Shown here in pieces: positions 14,301 to 28,155 of a DNA stretch of 64,000 bases. The translations under genes and the position numbers were made by a program. The stretch is from Trichoplax adhaerens. Its lineage: Eukaryota > Animalia > Placozoa. The stretch's first letter is position 1, and every line of letters starts with the position of its first letter. Location: assembly GCF_000150275.1 (NCBI RefSeq), contig NW_002060945.1, positions 2,193,172-2,257,171 on the forward strand, in the 5' to 3' direction. Below the pieces are notes generated by a model, which saw nothing but the letters and a program-made list of their open reading frames with translations, was not told where the DNA came from and did no database searches.

Positions 14301-17300
14301 AATTTAAATTCTTGAATTACTAGTTCAGACATTTTTTACAATAGTTATCTGGTTAAATTTCTCTATTTTGAACCTAGATGGGAATATGGATCGTTACAGT
14401 ACTTTAAAGAAGCCAATAGCTAATTTAATACCGACTGGAAATTTCTTAAGTCGAGTAATTATATATGACACGGAAAAGTTAACCTATATCATCAAAGACA
14501 TGTAATCCTGCAAAATATTTAGTCAATATTATTGCATACTGTATGCTTAGACATGTTCATGTTGAATTTAAAAAAAATTACAGTCATTTTTGTAACTGTA
14601 TTAATATAAATAAATATCTTATAGAATGATCTATCCGAAATTGATCGTAAACTCATTTGGTTTAACAAAACAGATTCTATTTGGATAATACTGATGCATA
14701 CGGCTGAAAAATAATACATTTTTTGTAGAGTATAGTATTGTGCATTAGCGAATAAACCTTTTCAGTTTGGCTAAGCTGAAGTAATACATGGTGTCTCTCG
14801 AGTTTCTCATAATCAGTCATAAAACTTAATCTTATTGTTAGGTAAAAAGTAATCCCTTACTAATTTCAATCAGAGAGTCAATATCACCCATGTAGTTTAC
14901 GAACATTTGTCTTGAAACAAAGCAGATGTTACCAATTTGAGGGTTCTAAGTCGTTACATTTTAATGTTTATCTAGGCGAAATATTTATTTCGGCCTTGGC
15001 ATATTGCTTGATCTGCTAATAGTTAGCATATATTGATATCTTTTACACTTGCTTTCAACGTATCATCCTCTGATGAAATTATCATTTCACAGACTGTCTG
15101 CAACATCGTATATTTTCAACCCTTTCCATCTTTATACCAATTACTATGAACTCTGTCTGACAGTATTCCAACCAGACATGTTACCAGTTATTTATGCCAC
15201 AATATTTCTTTATAATAGCATTTACATTGCTGCAGATCTACTTTGAATTATCATTCATGTATGCCAAACATATTTTATTACATTAGCCAAAGTAAAAAAT
15301 GCCGTTTATACGATATTCGTAATATCTAGTTGGGAAAATTGTCGGTTAATTTGATTACTTTACTCCACTACGCGAGATATTCTGTCATTCAAAGTTGAAA
15401 AATTCGCATCAACTCATCAAATTGATTCCTGTTTAACCCTACGATTTAGGTAGGTATCAGATCTAAGCAGAATTAGTTCTTTAGGTCAGGGAATATCAAA
15501 TTGAATAAGAGTTGTTTCCTGGCTAATTTAATCGGTTAGATTAACATTGTGAAGGCGTGATAATAAAACACAATCAAGCAGGAGATCACTTAATCATTTA
15601 ATCTTGTTGCTCATCAGTTTGCCATCCTTAATTAGCTCCGCCCCTTTTTAATTAGTATTTTCAGAAGAAGGATTTGAGTTACTGTTAGCAATTATTCTTT
15701 ATCTTAAGTAGCAAGAATACGGGAATTCAAATCACTGCTTGCTTTGAGAACCCTCGAATCTTAAAGGTGGCAAATCTGAATCTGCTGATATATGGTACAT
15801 CCTTTTTGTCGTCAATAGAAAATTGTTTTTAATAATGATAACGATCTTACCTTTACATTAATTGAGTCCCTTGAATAATTCCGACAAAGCTGCAGTCTAG
15901 CCTACTTTATCGCTGCTCTTGAATCAGTTTTTCAATAACCAGATCCATATTCTAGACTATGATAGAAAGGTGATATTAAATCATTATTTAAAATATCGTT
16001 ATCCAGTAAAAACTTTTGCCGTGTATATCCTCGAAAGTTTGAGAATCCTTAAAGCATAAAATATTTTGATTACCTTAGAAATAACTAAGAAAACCAAATT
16101 ATGATATCTATAATCGTACGATTGCTCCTGAAATTAAAAATAATGCTTTATTAAAACGAGGGCAGCGTGTCTACGAATATCATTAGTAAAGGTAAATCCA
16201 TCAAGGGTTCAGCATATTAAATTGATCAATCTTTCATCTCTTTACTATTACGATGGCACAGCATAGTTCCGTCTAATATTATATGAAATATATTAAGTAT
16301 TAAAAAAATAGCAGACTAGCAATAATTGGCATTAGTAGTACGGCATAAGATTAATCCACTATCTACTACTGATCCTATCTTAAGGCGAATAAATTAATCA
16401 TATAGCTTGGTTAATTCGATACTAACATTCAAAGATTGTTCATGTACGATAGCAATTTAACGAATTATTGCTAGTTAATTTCTGGCTACCAGTAGGTAAC
16501 GTATTGGATAGGATAGTAGTAGCAACTGTAACCGTAGATTATGTTGCCGCCGTTCGATTTACTTTGTAAAATGTGCGACGTAAAGTAATAAGAAAAAGGG
16601 GCCCGTAATTTAGTAACTTTACCAGTAGGTAGGGTGCTTTGCTAGGATAAGTTTCTACTACTACGCACAAATGTTAAACACTTACTGTAATCAGTCGCCA
16701 GCATGCACACGATCAGGAATAACAATAATCGTAGTCAGTCGTGTGGGATAGTAAGTTAATTAATCAACGTCTTATACTGTATATTCAATAATAGTTAATC
16801 AAAAGATAATGGACCATATTAGAATTATAATGAAGTATAAAGTCAATCATTATTAGCTAATTTTAAGTAACGTAAACATGGTAAGCAACACCGTTTGATT
16901 AGTAGTATCGGCCAAACTTTCTGATATGATATAATAATAAATTATAATGATGGGGCAATAGAAGACAAGATAAAGGTGTTGAGCAATATTTTGCGATACT
17001 TTGAGAATCACTAAGTGAAGAAAATAATACTGTCTCACTCGTGCATTAGAAAGTTAGCTGTAAGCATTCAATTTATGAAATATAAGTAGGTGTTGTTACA
17101 TACTGTAGCTATGCACGGCAGTGAAATGCCTGTATTGGCTTTCGGCACCTTTATATCGATAGAAAATAGCACGCGGTGCATCGATATCTTTATTTAGGGT
17201 GGATAAAAAAATGATATAAATGCCGCTAGCACTAGATTGAGAAAATATACTTTTTAGGTTAAAATAGTTTTGATGTCAGATAGTTATCACTGAGAAAAAC

Positions 17301-20300
17301 GAGTATTTCAGACTTAAATTACAACGCTTATGGGACTATTACAGTCATAACTCCTCATGGTTTGGCATTTGGATTTAGTGCTATAATATACTAACCTGCT
17401 AAAAATATACCTATATATGTAGAGGCGGCAACATATAAAGAATAAATTATTCAATGCAGGGTCTGAAGTATATTTCATTTCTGACACCATAGTTGAATTC
17501 TGTTGATAGCAAAATCACATTTGAACTATAGAACCTCGTAACTTTAATAATCAAAATATTTTATTAGCACTTTCGTTGCCTCCTATTTACTAAATTCTAG
17601 AGTTGATAAGTGTTTTGTTCTGTGTCTCATTACGTAAAACATCATTGCTCATACTGTATATTTTACGATAAACATGTCATCAAATTAAGGCCTTGGAAGA
17701 TGCTAAGCAATAGTGGAGTATGCAAACATAGTATTGCTAATCAAATGGTTTTGTTACTAATTTTTACTTATCTATTTCTACCACCTTACGCTCTGAGGTA
17801 TATAAAAAATTTATGATAAAGTGAAATTTTTGCTTGAAAGCTTTGATTATCGATCATTTTAATCATTCAATTGACAATTTATAGATAGTTAAATAATAGA
17901 GGTGTTGATCCTTTTCAGCAGAATGATAAAGCTGCGATCTGCTTCTTGAAAATACGTACACTAGCATATATGCTTATGCTCATTTATTTTGGCTATGAAC
18001 AGTAATTAACTATATAATCAAGAACTGTATATATCCAGTCTTATAAGATTTATTAATTGTTACTAACAGATCAACAATTAGATGCATAACTTCTTTAGTC
18101 GAGGAATAGGCTGCAGCAATTAGAGAAGAAACACCGTCTTAAATTTTTTCATACATATAGAGCTTCTTATTAGAACATCATTTTGCAATTATAAATCGAT
18201 AGAATTACTACTCATTAAATTTAAATTGACGGTAATATAATACGATCGGAATTATTGTATCTTGCCTTAACTTTAAGGAATTAAACCGGTCTAAATTTGC
18301 GAAAAGATGATTAATATTTGTAACGTTCATTAAAGCGTTGCTTAGTACAGTACAATGTCAATAGGAATTTGGATATGAAGGGTTCAAAACGCCACTGAAC
18401 AGTATTTTTAAATAGTTCCGTCAATAAAATCAATTTGTATTCCGAGTTTGTGGCTTCTCATTTATACAAGCAAAACATTGTATCTCTATTCTTCACATTT
18501 ATGTTAGATGTTTGCTTTGAATTATTTCTATAATTCCTTACATGAAATGCTGGGTTAGTAACACAAAGCCAGTATAAGTTAGGTTTAAGCATCGGTTCAT
18601 TACTACGTATATTGATTATTATGATTAACCCAGCATCAATGTTATTCAATCCATTAGTCAATGTTTATTTTTCTATCAAAAATAAAAGCATCATTATCTG
18701 AAGTATTGTTCATCCATCATATCGTTTCATCCCACAAAGCGTTGTATCAGAAGCAATTAAATCAAAGGTTACTTAAATAAAAAGGTGTTTCTCTGAATGT
18801 AGCAAGATCATCTCTTTTAATGTATATCATTAAAGACTGACTTTATACTTAATGTAACATATGGATTATAATATTATTAATATTAAGGTCTCTTAAATTA
18901 TTGACTTAATTTTGATTTCAAAACAGTAGTTATGTTATTATTCGCTTTATGATATTGCCTCTAACCAATTAGATGTGCTTGGCAATTATTTTAATTACTC
19001 TATTAAGCTATCGTATTGTACACTCCTGCCTACGCTTCATATTAATTATCGCCTTTTAATACTTACACTATAGAGCATGGTAAATTGATCTAGAGGTCGA
19101 TTTGGAATTATTGGCTTGAAATTTTATTGTCAATACACTGAAATTTTCACTTGCAAAACTGGGGTGGACATAATTACATCAGTGTTTTTAAACCCTACTG
19201 GCGCCCTCTTAAGTCCCAATACGGAAATCTTGAAATAAATACAACGTTCGGCGTAATTATATATAATCCATAAACAGATGGAATTAAACTGTTATAAACG
19301 AATGATCTCTCACTTATACTTCTTTTTCGGCATACTCAACTACGGCACATCCTATACAAGGGAGTAGTATATGGGCAAAAACAAACTACATCCCTATTCT
19401 TCAGATATTAAATACAAAAGATTAACGAAAATTTTGTCAAATTAAAATATCAAAATCGTTAGCTGCTAACTTCTTATGCTTTCTCCTAAGATTATTTAGA
19501 AGGATATCGAATGAAACAGAATTTAAAGCAATACATTAAGAATAATAAATACAACATTAATTTGCTACTGCACAGTTGAACATGCACATGGTACATATGT
19601 TAAAGCTGAAGATGGACAAATAGGGTAACTGTAGGCTAATTTAACAAGGTGTAGTGCAAATAATCACTAATAATAAATAATATATGTAAATTAATGTATC
19701 AGTAAAATACATTAATTATACGAGTCATATTTAAATCCGATATTCATAGCCCATAATGGGCTAAATGATGACAACCTTTGAAATATTAATTTAGGCAATC
19801 AGTAATAGCATGCAATGCCGAATAAATTGTGTTGGAGTTTGGTGCAGTATAAATGAGCTAATTTAATAATGTCAATATCACATGTTTTATTACTGTTCTT
19901 GACATTCGTTTCTGAGATTATTAATATGTTATGGAAAATAATTCTATCCATATCATAGAATAAGTTTTGCAATGAAAGGCACTATGATTGTAATGTTACA
20001 AATCAATCACATTACGCATTATAATTCTCACTTATTGATATGACAAATATGTAATTAGATGATGTCATCATTCCCTTACAAGAAGTTAATTAAGTTGTTG
20101 CCACCTTCTATATCAATAAAGGATTGAGTTCATAACATAATAAATTGCTAATATTATTTATCTATACAGTAGCATCTAATTTAGATTATAGATACATTTA
20201 AGTTAGTAACTGTTTTCAATCAGAAAATTCAAATACAGAGTAAGACGTAACGTTGAACTTGACATGCTCGCTATTGTAGCTTTAATATTCTAGAGTTAGG

Positions 20301-21554
20301 GTAGTATTAACAATGTCGATGATATCTCATGCATTGTAGTTACTCATACCAATAATCGTGCTAATAAATTTAGTAGATTACAACTATACGGGAATTTAAG
20401 CCATAGCCAATTGCAATATTTCATAAAGTTCTGCCAAGAAAGGGTCTATTGTATGTTATACACGCCTATTGATGCTCTCCGAAGGTTCAGAATTGCAGTT
20501 GCGGATCCAAATGGAATGATTACCTATTCACATTGCAGTTGCTCAGCTCTCTTGACAGAATAGCAACCGGCTTCATTAATGACTTATATTACTTGAAAAT
20601 TTCAATTTCAGATATACCGCCGAATTAAATAATCAGCTATGGGGTTTTGCGTTGAATACCGACTACGAGCAATGTTTATGGAGCTCGCCAAAAACTTACA
20701 ACTGTTCGCTGTACGAGTATATAATTACAATTTCATGAGGTAGACATACTGTAATTCGATCACTACTATTAGCTTTTGGCCTTCGTGTCTATTAATGATT
20801 TTCTATTACTTCGGTAATTTAATGCAAATCCATTACTTGATTTTAAATGCAGATTACCAATACTGTTACTTGCTGAGGTATTATAATCACCTCTTAAATA
20901 TTTTACTCAATGTAACGGCAACGCAAAACAGGGCTTATGACACCTATTTCATAAAATTTAATCCGGCATAAATAAAGGCGTGGCATTTTTACTTTTGTAA
21001 GAGTGTAATATTATTTATCCATACTAAAATAGTTATGAATGTGCAAATATCCTGCTGTTATATTCCTGGTACTGAAATATACAACAACACAGCCACAGCG
21101 GAAAGGTGCAATCTCTTCACATTGAAGAAATTCGTTTTAGGGAACTAATGTGATGTTACAGCTGAAAATTTAGCTCTTTTAGTAAAATCTCAGTATACAC
21201 ATGTCACAATTTAAATATCTTACGTATTGGAATACATCACAGTGTCCTAGTAGGTATACTCTTTGATCATATGGAAGATGAAAACTGAGATAATGTAGGT
21301 AAATGCAATCCTGCCATAAGGTTGCTATCAGACTATTTTTAAATTTACTATCTTCGCTAAGTCATTGCTATACACTGAGTAGTTGGCTTCGGTTATCGAT
21401 CATTTAGTTCTATACTAGTTTATAATCGAGAAATGAACAGTAACGTTAAAATATTTGCTCTAATTTAAGAAGTTTTCTTATCCTAAGCTAGCTATTGGTT
21501 ATCATCTGTATTTTTGAAGAATAAATAAATCTCGATTGTAAATTCTATCATGGT

Positions 21555-22093
21555 CTAAATAGAATCATAGATTGTCATGAAATATACCTATATGAGACTA
21601 CTTTCCAAATCATAATGATGTTAGCATCCATTCTGACCTGCAGTTTAGTATCTATGTTATCTCATCGCCTAGTATGGCGTGTGTTAAACTTATTAAAGAG
21701 CAGCACTCATTCAAGGTCAATAATTTCAATTTTACTTAAAATTAAGCGTCATGTTCTGACTCTACAGGGATATTAAATTAGATGGCTCTACAACTAAATG
21801 ATTAAAATTTCGATCATGAATATCGAGTATTTGTCATCAAGCTCTTTACGGCTAAAGAAGTAATCACTTCTGTAAGCTAATATATTCAGCGACGTCAGAA
21901 ATGATGCCGGTACTTTAGTAGTGCATTAATATTGAATAGAATCAAAGATAATTACGAAAAATATCTATGTGAGACTACTTTCCAAACCGTATCTGCTATC
22001 TAGCTGATTATTGCTAAAAGAAATAGTCACTTCTGCAAGTTAATATATTCCGTTACGTCAGTAATGGCGCTTGCTATAGTAGTGTATTAATAT
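21555..22093. repeat. Diverged local tandem duplication (A..B A' B')
   Basis: A (21555-21614) and A' (21932-21991) share aatagaatca..gagactactttccaaa. B (21851-21931) and B' (22013-22093) share tcacttctg.aag.taatatattc..acgtcag..tagtagtg.attaatat. Confidence 0.8.
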
Positions 22094-22175
22094 AAGGACA
22101 ACAGAGATTCGATAGCAAGTCTATAGTATAAACTATACGATTGGATTAATTGGCTATCATGACCTACAGCACTTC

Positions 22176-22189
22176 GTTGCTATAGCAAC
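22176..22189. promoter_or_regulatory. Perfect palindromic RFX X-box upstream of FLACC1-like gene
   Basis: GTTGCTATAGCAAC matches the RFX consensus GTNRCY-AT-RGYAAC. It lies ~600 bp upstream of the ATG, and a probable 5'UTR intron lies at ~22491-22602. Confidence 0.75.
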
Positions 22190-22790
22190 TGAATCCGAAT
22201 TAAAGCTGTTTACTGTCAATGTTGCCGTTATTATATAGCTGACCATAAAGAGTCTATGAACAATACATCCTTTCTATCACTAGTGTAGTGGTTTATAATT
22301 GACGAATTGATTATATAGCATAGTATGAATTTACTAAGGCTTCTATGCTAAACAAGTACATGAGAATAAGAAAATATCTTTCTGCAAGATGGTCACTATT
22401 GGATAGTTTCTTGCTCTGTAGTAACTATACACACACAGAAATAAAAGCCGCTAAATTATTTATAATCTAAATATGATAAAGTTATGTTGAGGTAATTAAT
22501 TTTTCCTTTAGTTGTACTGTACTAATAGCTTGTGATGTAACAGTGATCTGAATTTAATAAATAAGTTTAAGCTGTATTAATGTCATGAATTAATTCATTT
22601 AGGTGCGCTGCAAACCGTCGGACCTGATGATCGAATAACTTTTTACCTGCGTTAAAGAGCTTAGATCCAGATAAGATCAAGCCCTTACTATTTCTAATAC
22701 CAGCAACTGATAATTCTTAGTATAACTACACAGCATAAATATTGCCATTTTATTTCACTGAAATAAAATATTAGAAAGGCAAATTAAAAG

Positions 22791-25700
22791 ATGGCGTCTA
22801 ACGTGGTCGTTGAACCCCCTCAAGTCTTGTCTATTTCGGGTATGGGCAGCAAGTCACCGATTATAAGTAAATCAATTTTACTTAATTCCTCGGATAAGGG
22901 TAGAGCAAGGTAAGCGAATTATACTGTTAGGTATCAGTGCGTAATTTACTAATGGACGATAAGGAAGGCCGTCCTTAGGTCTAGTTGTTTACCGTAAATG
23001 ATGCACTGTGTTACTTTCAGCACCGTAATGAAATCTTTATTAACTAAGCTTGATAATAACGGTAGCTACATTACTAAAAACTGCAACATGTTTCTTAATC
23101 AATTTACTTATGACAGCTTATTAAGCTTCAAATTCTGAATAAGTGTATGTAGACTTTTAATTTATCATAGACTCTTTGTCAAAATTATTTAATCGTTCTG
23201 CTTGAATTTAAATAATTTAGGCCATCAACAGCTTCTTCACGAGTTACTTTTGGCGAAGATCAGACGATTACTATTCCGTCTAGACCTCATACAGCAAAAG
23301 CGCAGTAAGTGAACTATTTCCACTGAATTATCTGTAAATAAAGTAGTTAGAAATTAACTTAGATCACATTGCACCATCAAACTAAGGTGTCGCCGCTTTG
23401 CTGAATCACCCGTACGAAGACCATTATCATCTACATATCCCCGAAAACGCCAGATAAATTATCCACAATTTAACAAGGTTGTGAGCCTACCGATTCTTCT
23501 AATGTTAGCTTATCCTGAAAAATTTTAAACCAAACAACGATGCAAAATTCTAAATTAAAAATTTTACGTGCGTTAACTATTTTTAACTAAATTTATTATT
23601 TTAATTAGACTGTTATTGGAAAAGGCTACACTTTATCGAAAGAAGATAGATATTGGAAATTTACTATTGATTCTAATAAATTTTTTGGTAAATCTGAACC
23701 ACAAGAGCGCAAGGTAATCTATAGGGGAATAAAACTTTTACATTTTCCATGTAACTAAGATAAAAGTTGAAGATTGCTAATCTGCAATTGCCTTGGACCA
23801 AGTTATTTTACATCCGGATCTATTCTTATTTTCTATCATAAGCCAAACCTTCACTCTCTTCTCCTTTCTTTCAGTCGTTCAGATCATTGTCAGCACAACC
23901 CAAATATTTCTATAATAGTTCAGATTTAAAAGATGATCGTGATTCTCCAACTGATATACCGGTAACTGATCGAAAGGAGGAACGTAAATCCAGTCCTGTG
24001 ACATCTGCTCGTCAGTATACTTCGCATGTCTCCTTTATCGAAAAGTAAGTCGCAACTTTAGCTAAGTATAGTTTTAGCAACAACTTTTTTATGTAAAAGA
24101 ATACGATAATTATCTTACAATTAAATATACACAACAGTTAAGCCGTTGCTAGTAGTACTAAAATCGATAATGAGAGGAGTAACGTAATAAATTAATTATT
24201 TCCTTAATAATTTCTTAGTGAAAAGTTAATGATTGAGTTACAAGAGCAAGTTTCAGAGCTCAATCTACTATTGGAGCAAGAAAGAAGAACAAGAGATGTT
24301 CAATTAGAAGAAGTAAGTAAATATCTGGACTTGCGAAATACAGCGATCACTATAGTTTATTGTAATTGTCCAGCACTTTGAATCAGTATATCTAAATTTT
24401 GCTCTGATTAATTATATTTAGGCACAATTACGACTTGATGAAGTTAAATCGAAATTAAAATTAGAACATGAGGACGACATTCTGTACGAAGATTAACCCT
24501 AATTACAACTATATTAACTAATAAATGATTTTTCAATTAGTAGTTTTACATACTATATTTTCACCATTTAAATTGCCCCTTAATAATAAGTATCCTGATA
24601 TGCTATGGTTTTGAATAGCTATATGAAACGAATTTTATTTTTTCATCATACTTAACATACTTATGTTTTATTCTATTTTTCTTAGAGTTTTAAAGCTACA
24701 GTCGGAAAAAACTTTACAAACAGTACAAGAACAGCATATTAAAGAGGTCAGATATATTTTAAAAAGTATAAGTACATTGATAACCACTGTGCAGAATGAC
24801 GATATAGTTTGAAATATGAAATCATAAGACTATGTTATTCCGAATCATTAGGATGAGATTAAATGTATTTCTTTAATTTCAGATGGACGATTTAGAGAAA
24901 ACTCTAAAAGAAGAAATTGGTAAGTGTAAAATTTATATCGATACAAGAAATACTGTATCTGTAGACGTCTTATACGACAAAAATAAAGTCTATGTATAAA
25001 GGTGATTATTTGTCGGGTTGTCTTTCTCACACCTTCTATACTACGTAATCTTTACATTTCTACGATAATATATAATTAATCTAGAAGTCGCTATATAATT
25101 TATTAATTCGTCATAAAAACTCTGTATCAGCCAATAATTATTTTACCTTGTAGCTATGAGACGATGCGGTAATTAATGCCAACAGAGATCGAATAACACC
25201 GATTTGTGTTTACAAATTACCTTTGTTTTATAACTTTTAGAAAGTATTAAAAGTGAACGGCAATTCCTGCAAGCTGCTTTTGACAGCTACAAGGTAAATT
25301 AGAATAAAATGTCATAAATACGAGTACAAGTCAGTAGCTAATTATTTCTTGCTAAAGTATAATTCTATAATCCATAGCAAAAGGGTCGTAGTTTAACAAT
25401 CGGATTGTGAATTTTTAATTAGACACAAATATCGATAGAAATGGATGAGAAGTGGACAAAGAGAGAGGTACTATTAGATTTTTAAATGCATTTATTATAT
25501 TTGATTTAGGAAATCGGATAATAATGACCTGACAGTCCCTTTATTGACTGATATCAAAAGTATAGTTTACCGGTGCTAAATTCATTCGCTTTTAATATCT
25601 ACTTTTAATAGATTGAATTAAAACAGCATGAACGGCAAACAGTGGAACGAGAACTGGCCAGACAAAGTAAATTTTTAATCATAAAACTATAACCAGCAAG

Positions 25701-28155
25701 TTCATAATGCCAAGGATGTCGTCCCTAAATCGCTTTTATACAGTCTTCAAATCTCAATTAAGAATCATATAATTTAATACGGTAGTTTAATAATTTTACT
25801 ATAACCCTATAGAGGAAGAACTGACAAAAGAGAAACGAACTGAGCTAGCAACTTTAGCTAGACAGGGTAAAATGGAGTTAGAAGCAGTTCGCCATGATCA
25901 TAAGGCTGAATTAGAGGTAATTATTGGTTAATTATTGCATACCGGTAGTTACTAGTTTTACCATACCATAGACAACTTCTTATTCTTAACGGCTTGTTTT
26001 TAATTTTGTTCCGTTTTCAAATGGTATACAGGCACTTTTTCGAAAGTTTGCAAAAGCAACCGCTGTTATGGAAGAACTGCGAACCACAAAGTTAAAACTG
26101 GAGGCAAGTTTTATTAAACGTTGATAGTAGTAAGGAGTTTGGCTTTACATATCCATCCAATTTATATATAGAATTGTAGCTTAAAATAGCATGGATTAGC
26201 ATTATAGAAAACGTCATGGTGTAACAACGTATGCTACAAGAAATTTAAATCTCTTGTTTTATAAAGGATACTGAAAATGAAGGCCTCAAATTACATAGTA
26301 AATTACGGGAAGCTGAGGATCAAATTTTTAAGCTACGAAGTCAAGTAGTTGAATCGGTAAGTATAGGAAAGGGAAAGAGATACGTAGAAATTATTTTATA
26401 AAAGTTCAATCTCTTCATAGAAAATCTAACATATAACTACAATGTCAAATCGAACTTTTCATATTCTATTAATAGAGGACTAAGTTAAAAGGCTACGAAG
26501 ATAATTTTCAAGAAAAGGTCTGTTTTGACAGTTATGAAAATTCGAAGTCTTTGAACAGATTCTTTATCGCTTTTGAAGTCATACTTAACTCATAGCCCTC
26601 TTACATTAATCGAGTAGCTTTACTACACATCTCCATTAATGCTATAACTTTCAATAGTAATCTCATAAATTACTGTCTTATTAAATAAACTTCCCATGCA
26701 AGGATATCATAGTTAAGTATAAACTGAAAGACTTTTCGAAAAAAGTGCGATCATAAATCTTTAACCAAAAACAATTTGTCTCAGAAGAAAATTTATAGTA
26801 GCTTATCTTCTTAGCAGAGTTTCACCGGCTACGATACTCCATCGAAGTAAAAGTATTTCGTTATGGCCTTATAGATATTTTAATAATACTTTATATTCCT
26901 ATCTTTAGGTGATTGAGGTTGAAGAGAAATTTAAACAGAAGATTCACACGTTAATGGCCGACAATACCTTAGTTCGGTAATTAAGAATACATATCGCGAA
27001 TTTAGATATACGATTTATCGATTTATATCTCGCAAATTACTACTATCGTAGTTTTACTCTAGAAATCGATTGCTTAGCTAAAGGATTAATCATGTTGTTA
27101 TTTCGATTTCAGAAAACGTTTGATGGAAAAGTGCGATGAATTAGTTCGTCTTAAAACCGATAGTGAACAGAAGCAGGTTAATGATTATCGCGATATCTTG
27201 ATCAATCCTTCAGTATCATAGTACTTTATTGAAATGTATCGTCTAGAAATTTAAAAGTAATTTATTTATTTCGTAAAAATATTTATAGGAAACAAGTCGA
27301 AGTTATGCTCGAAAAACTCTGCAGGTAAATACAATTAATCAATTATTTGGTAGGGATGTTGTAAGTTATGTTAGATGTTGCTAAACGCAAACTAGTTTTT
27401 AAAAATGCTAAAGAATAATTTGCCTCATGTCCACCGCATTTTAGATAGTTATGTTTTAAATGTAGGAAATAATCTAAATTTCAATCCTACTGACACAATT
27501 TAAACATATTCAGAGCACATCAATAGTTATTTTTCATATACTATAGTACTGGCGTAATTGCTAAAATTTGAGTTATTAAAGGCAGGTTGTTGACAATAAA
27601 TTCTGTAGATAGAGTCTAAATTGCAAAAGCGATGGGTTTAGATTTAAGAAATAGTAAAATTAAAATGTGTGTTTAATAGTTTGAGAATCGCTATATTATA
27701 CTGCAGATGGATAATTTACTAAATGGCAAATCTTTGATAAACTATTACTGATATTTTTTCTATCTTAGGCTGTTATCCATGCCAGAAATAAGGCCGCTCT
27801 TAGTCTGGTTAGCCAAGACACGAAAAAAGACCCTAGTGTAGCAAAAGCAGCTAAACAGTCACGCAGAAGACGCAGTAGTATGCCAGTTACTCCATTAGAA
27901 CAGCAGATCTCTGTTTTTAAAGCAAAAATGAAATCAACGTCGAAACTTCAAGAATCGATTGCTCTAAGTGAGGACAGTGATAGCGACGCACCCTATAGAT
28001 CAGAAACTGCGGCTAGCTATGATAGTCCATTGAAATCGTCATCAACCGGAGCAAGAAATATACAGTCTGCAGGTTCTCCTATACCTGCTACTTTAAGGAG
28101 AAAAGCACGTAGACCGTCACTGCAAGTTTCGGTTTTAAAACCAGATAGTTCGTGA
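22791..28155 (+). CDS. FLACC1: Flagellum-associated coiled-coil protein (FLACC1/ALS2CR12-like), about 20 short exons
   Basis: Starts MASNVVVEPPQ.. at 22791. Spliced segments VIGKGYTLSK, ELQEQVSELNLLLEQ, ERQFLQAAFDSYK/TQISIEMDEKWTK and FQEKVIEVEEKFKQKIHTLMADNTLVRKRLMEKCDEL align colinearly with recalled human FLACC1 (SPGYQLVR, DLEEQISEL, DEMEEKWSK, EEKYKHTIQILTEEN). The terminal exon matches ORF 27880-28155. Confidence 0.75.

Noticed and set aside
6030-18661. Eleven 60-82 aa ORFs from the track in the BMPER intron and the desert
   Set aside because: Composition is typical of random AT-rich frames (I/L/F/Y/N), many have non-ATG starts, and none has a motif or coherent splice chain.
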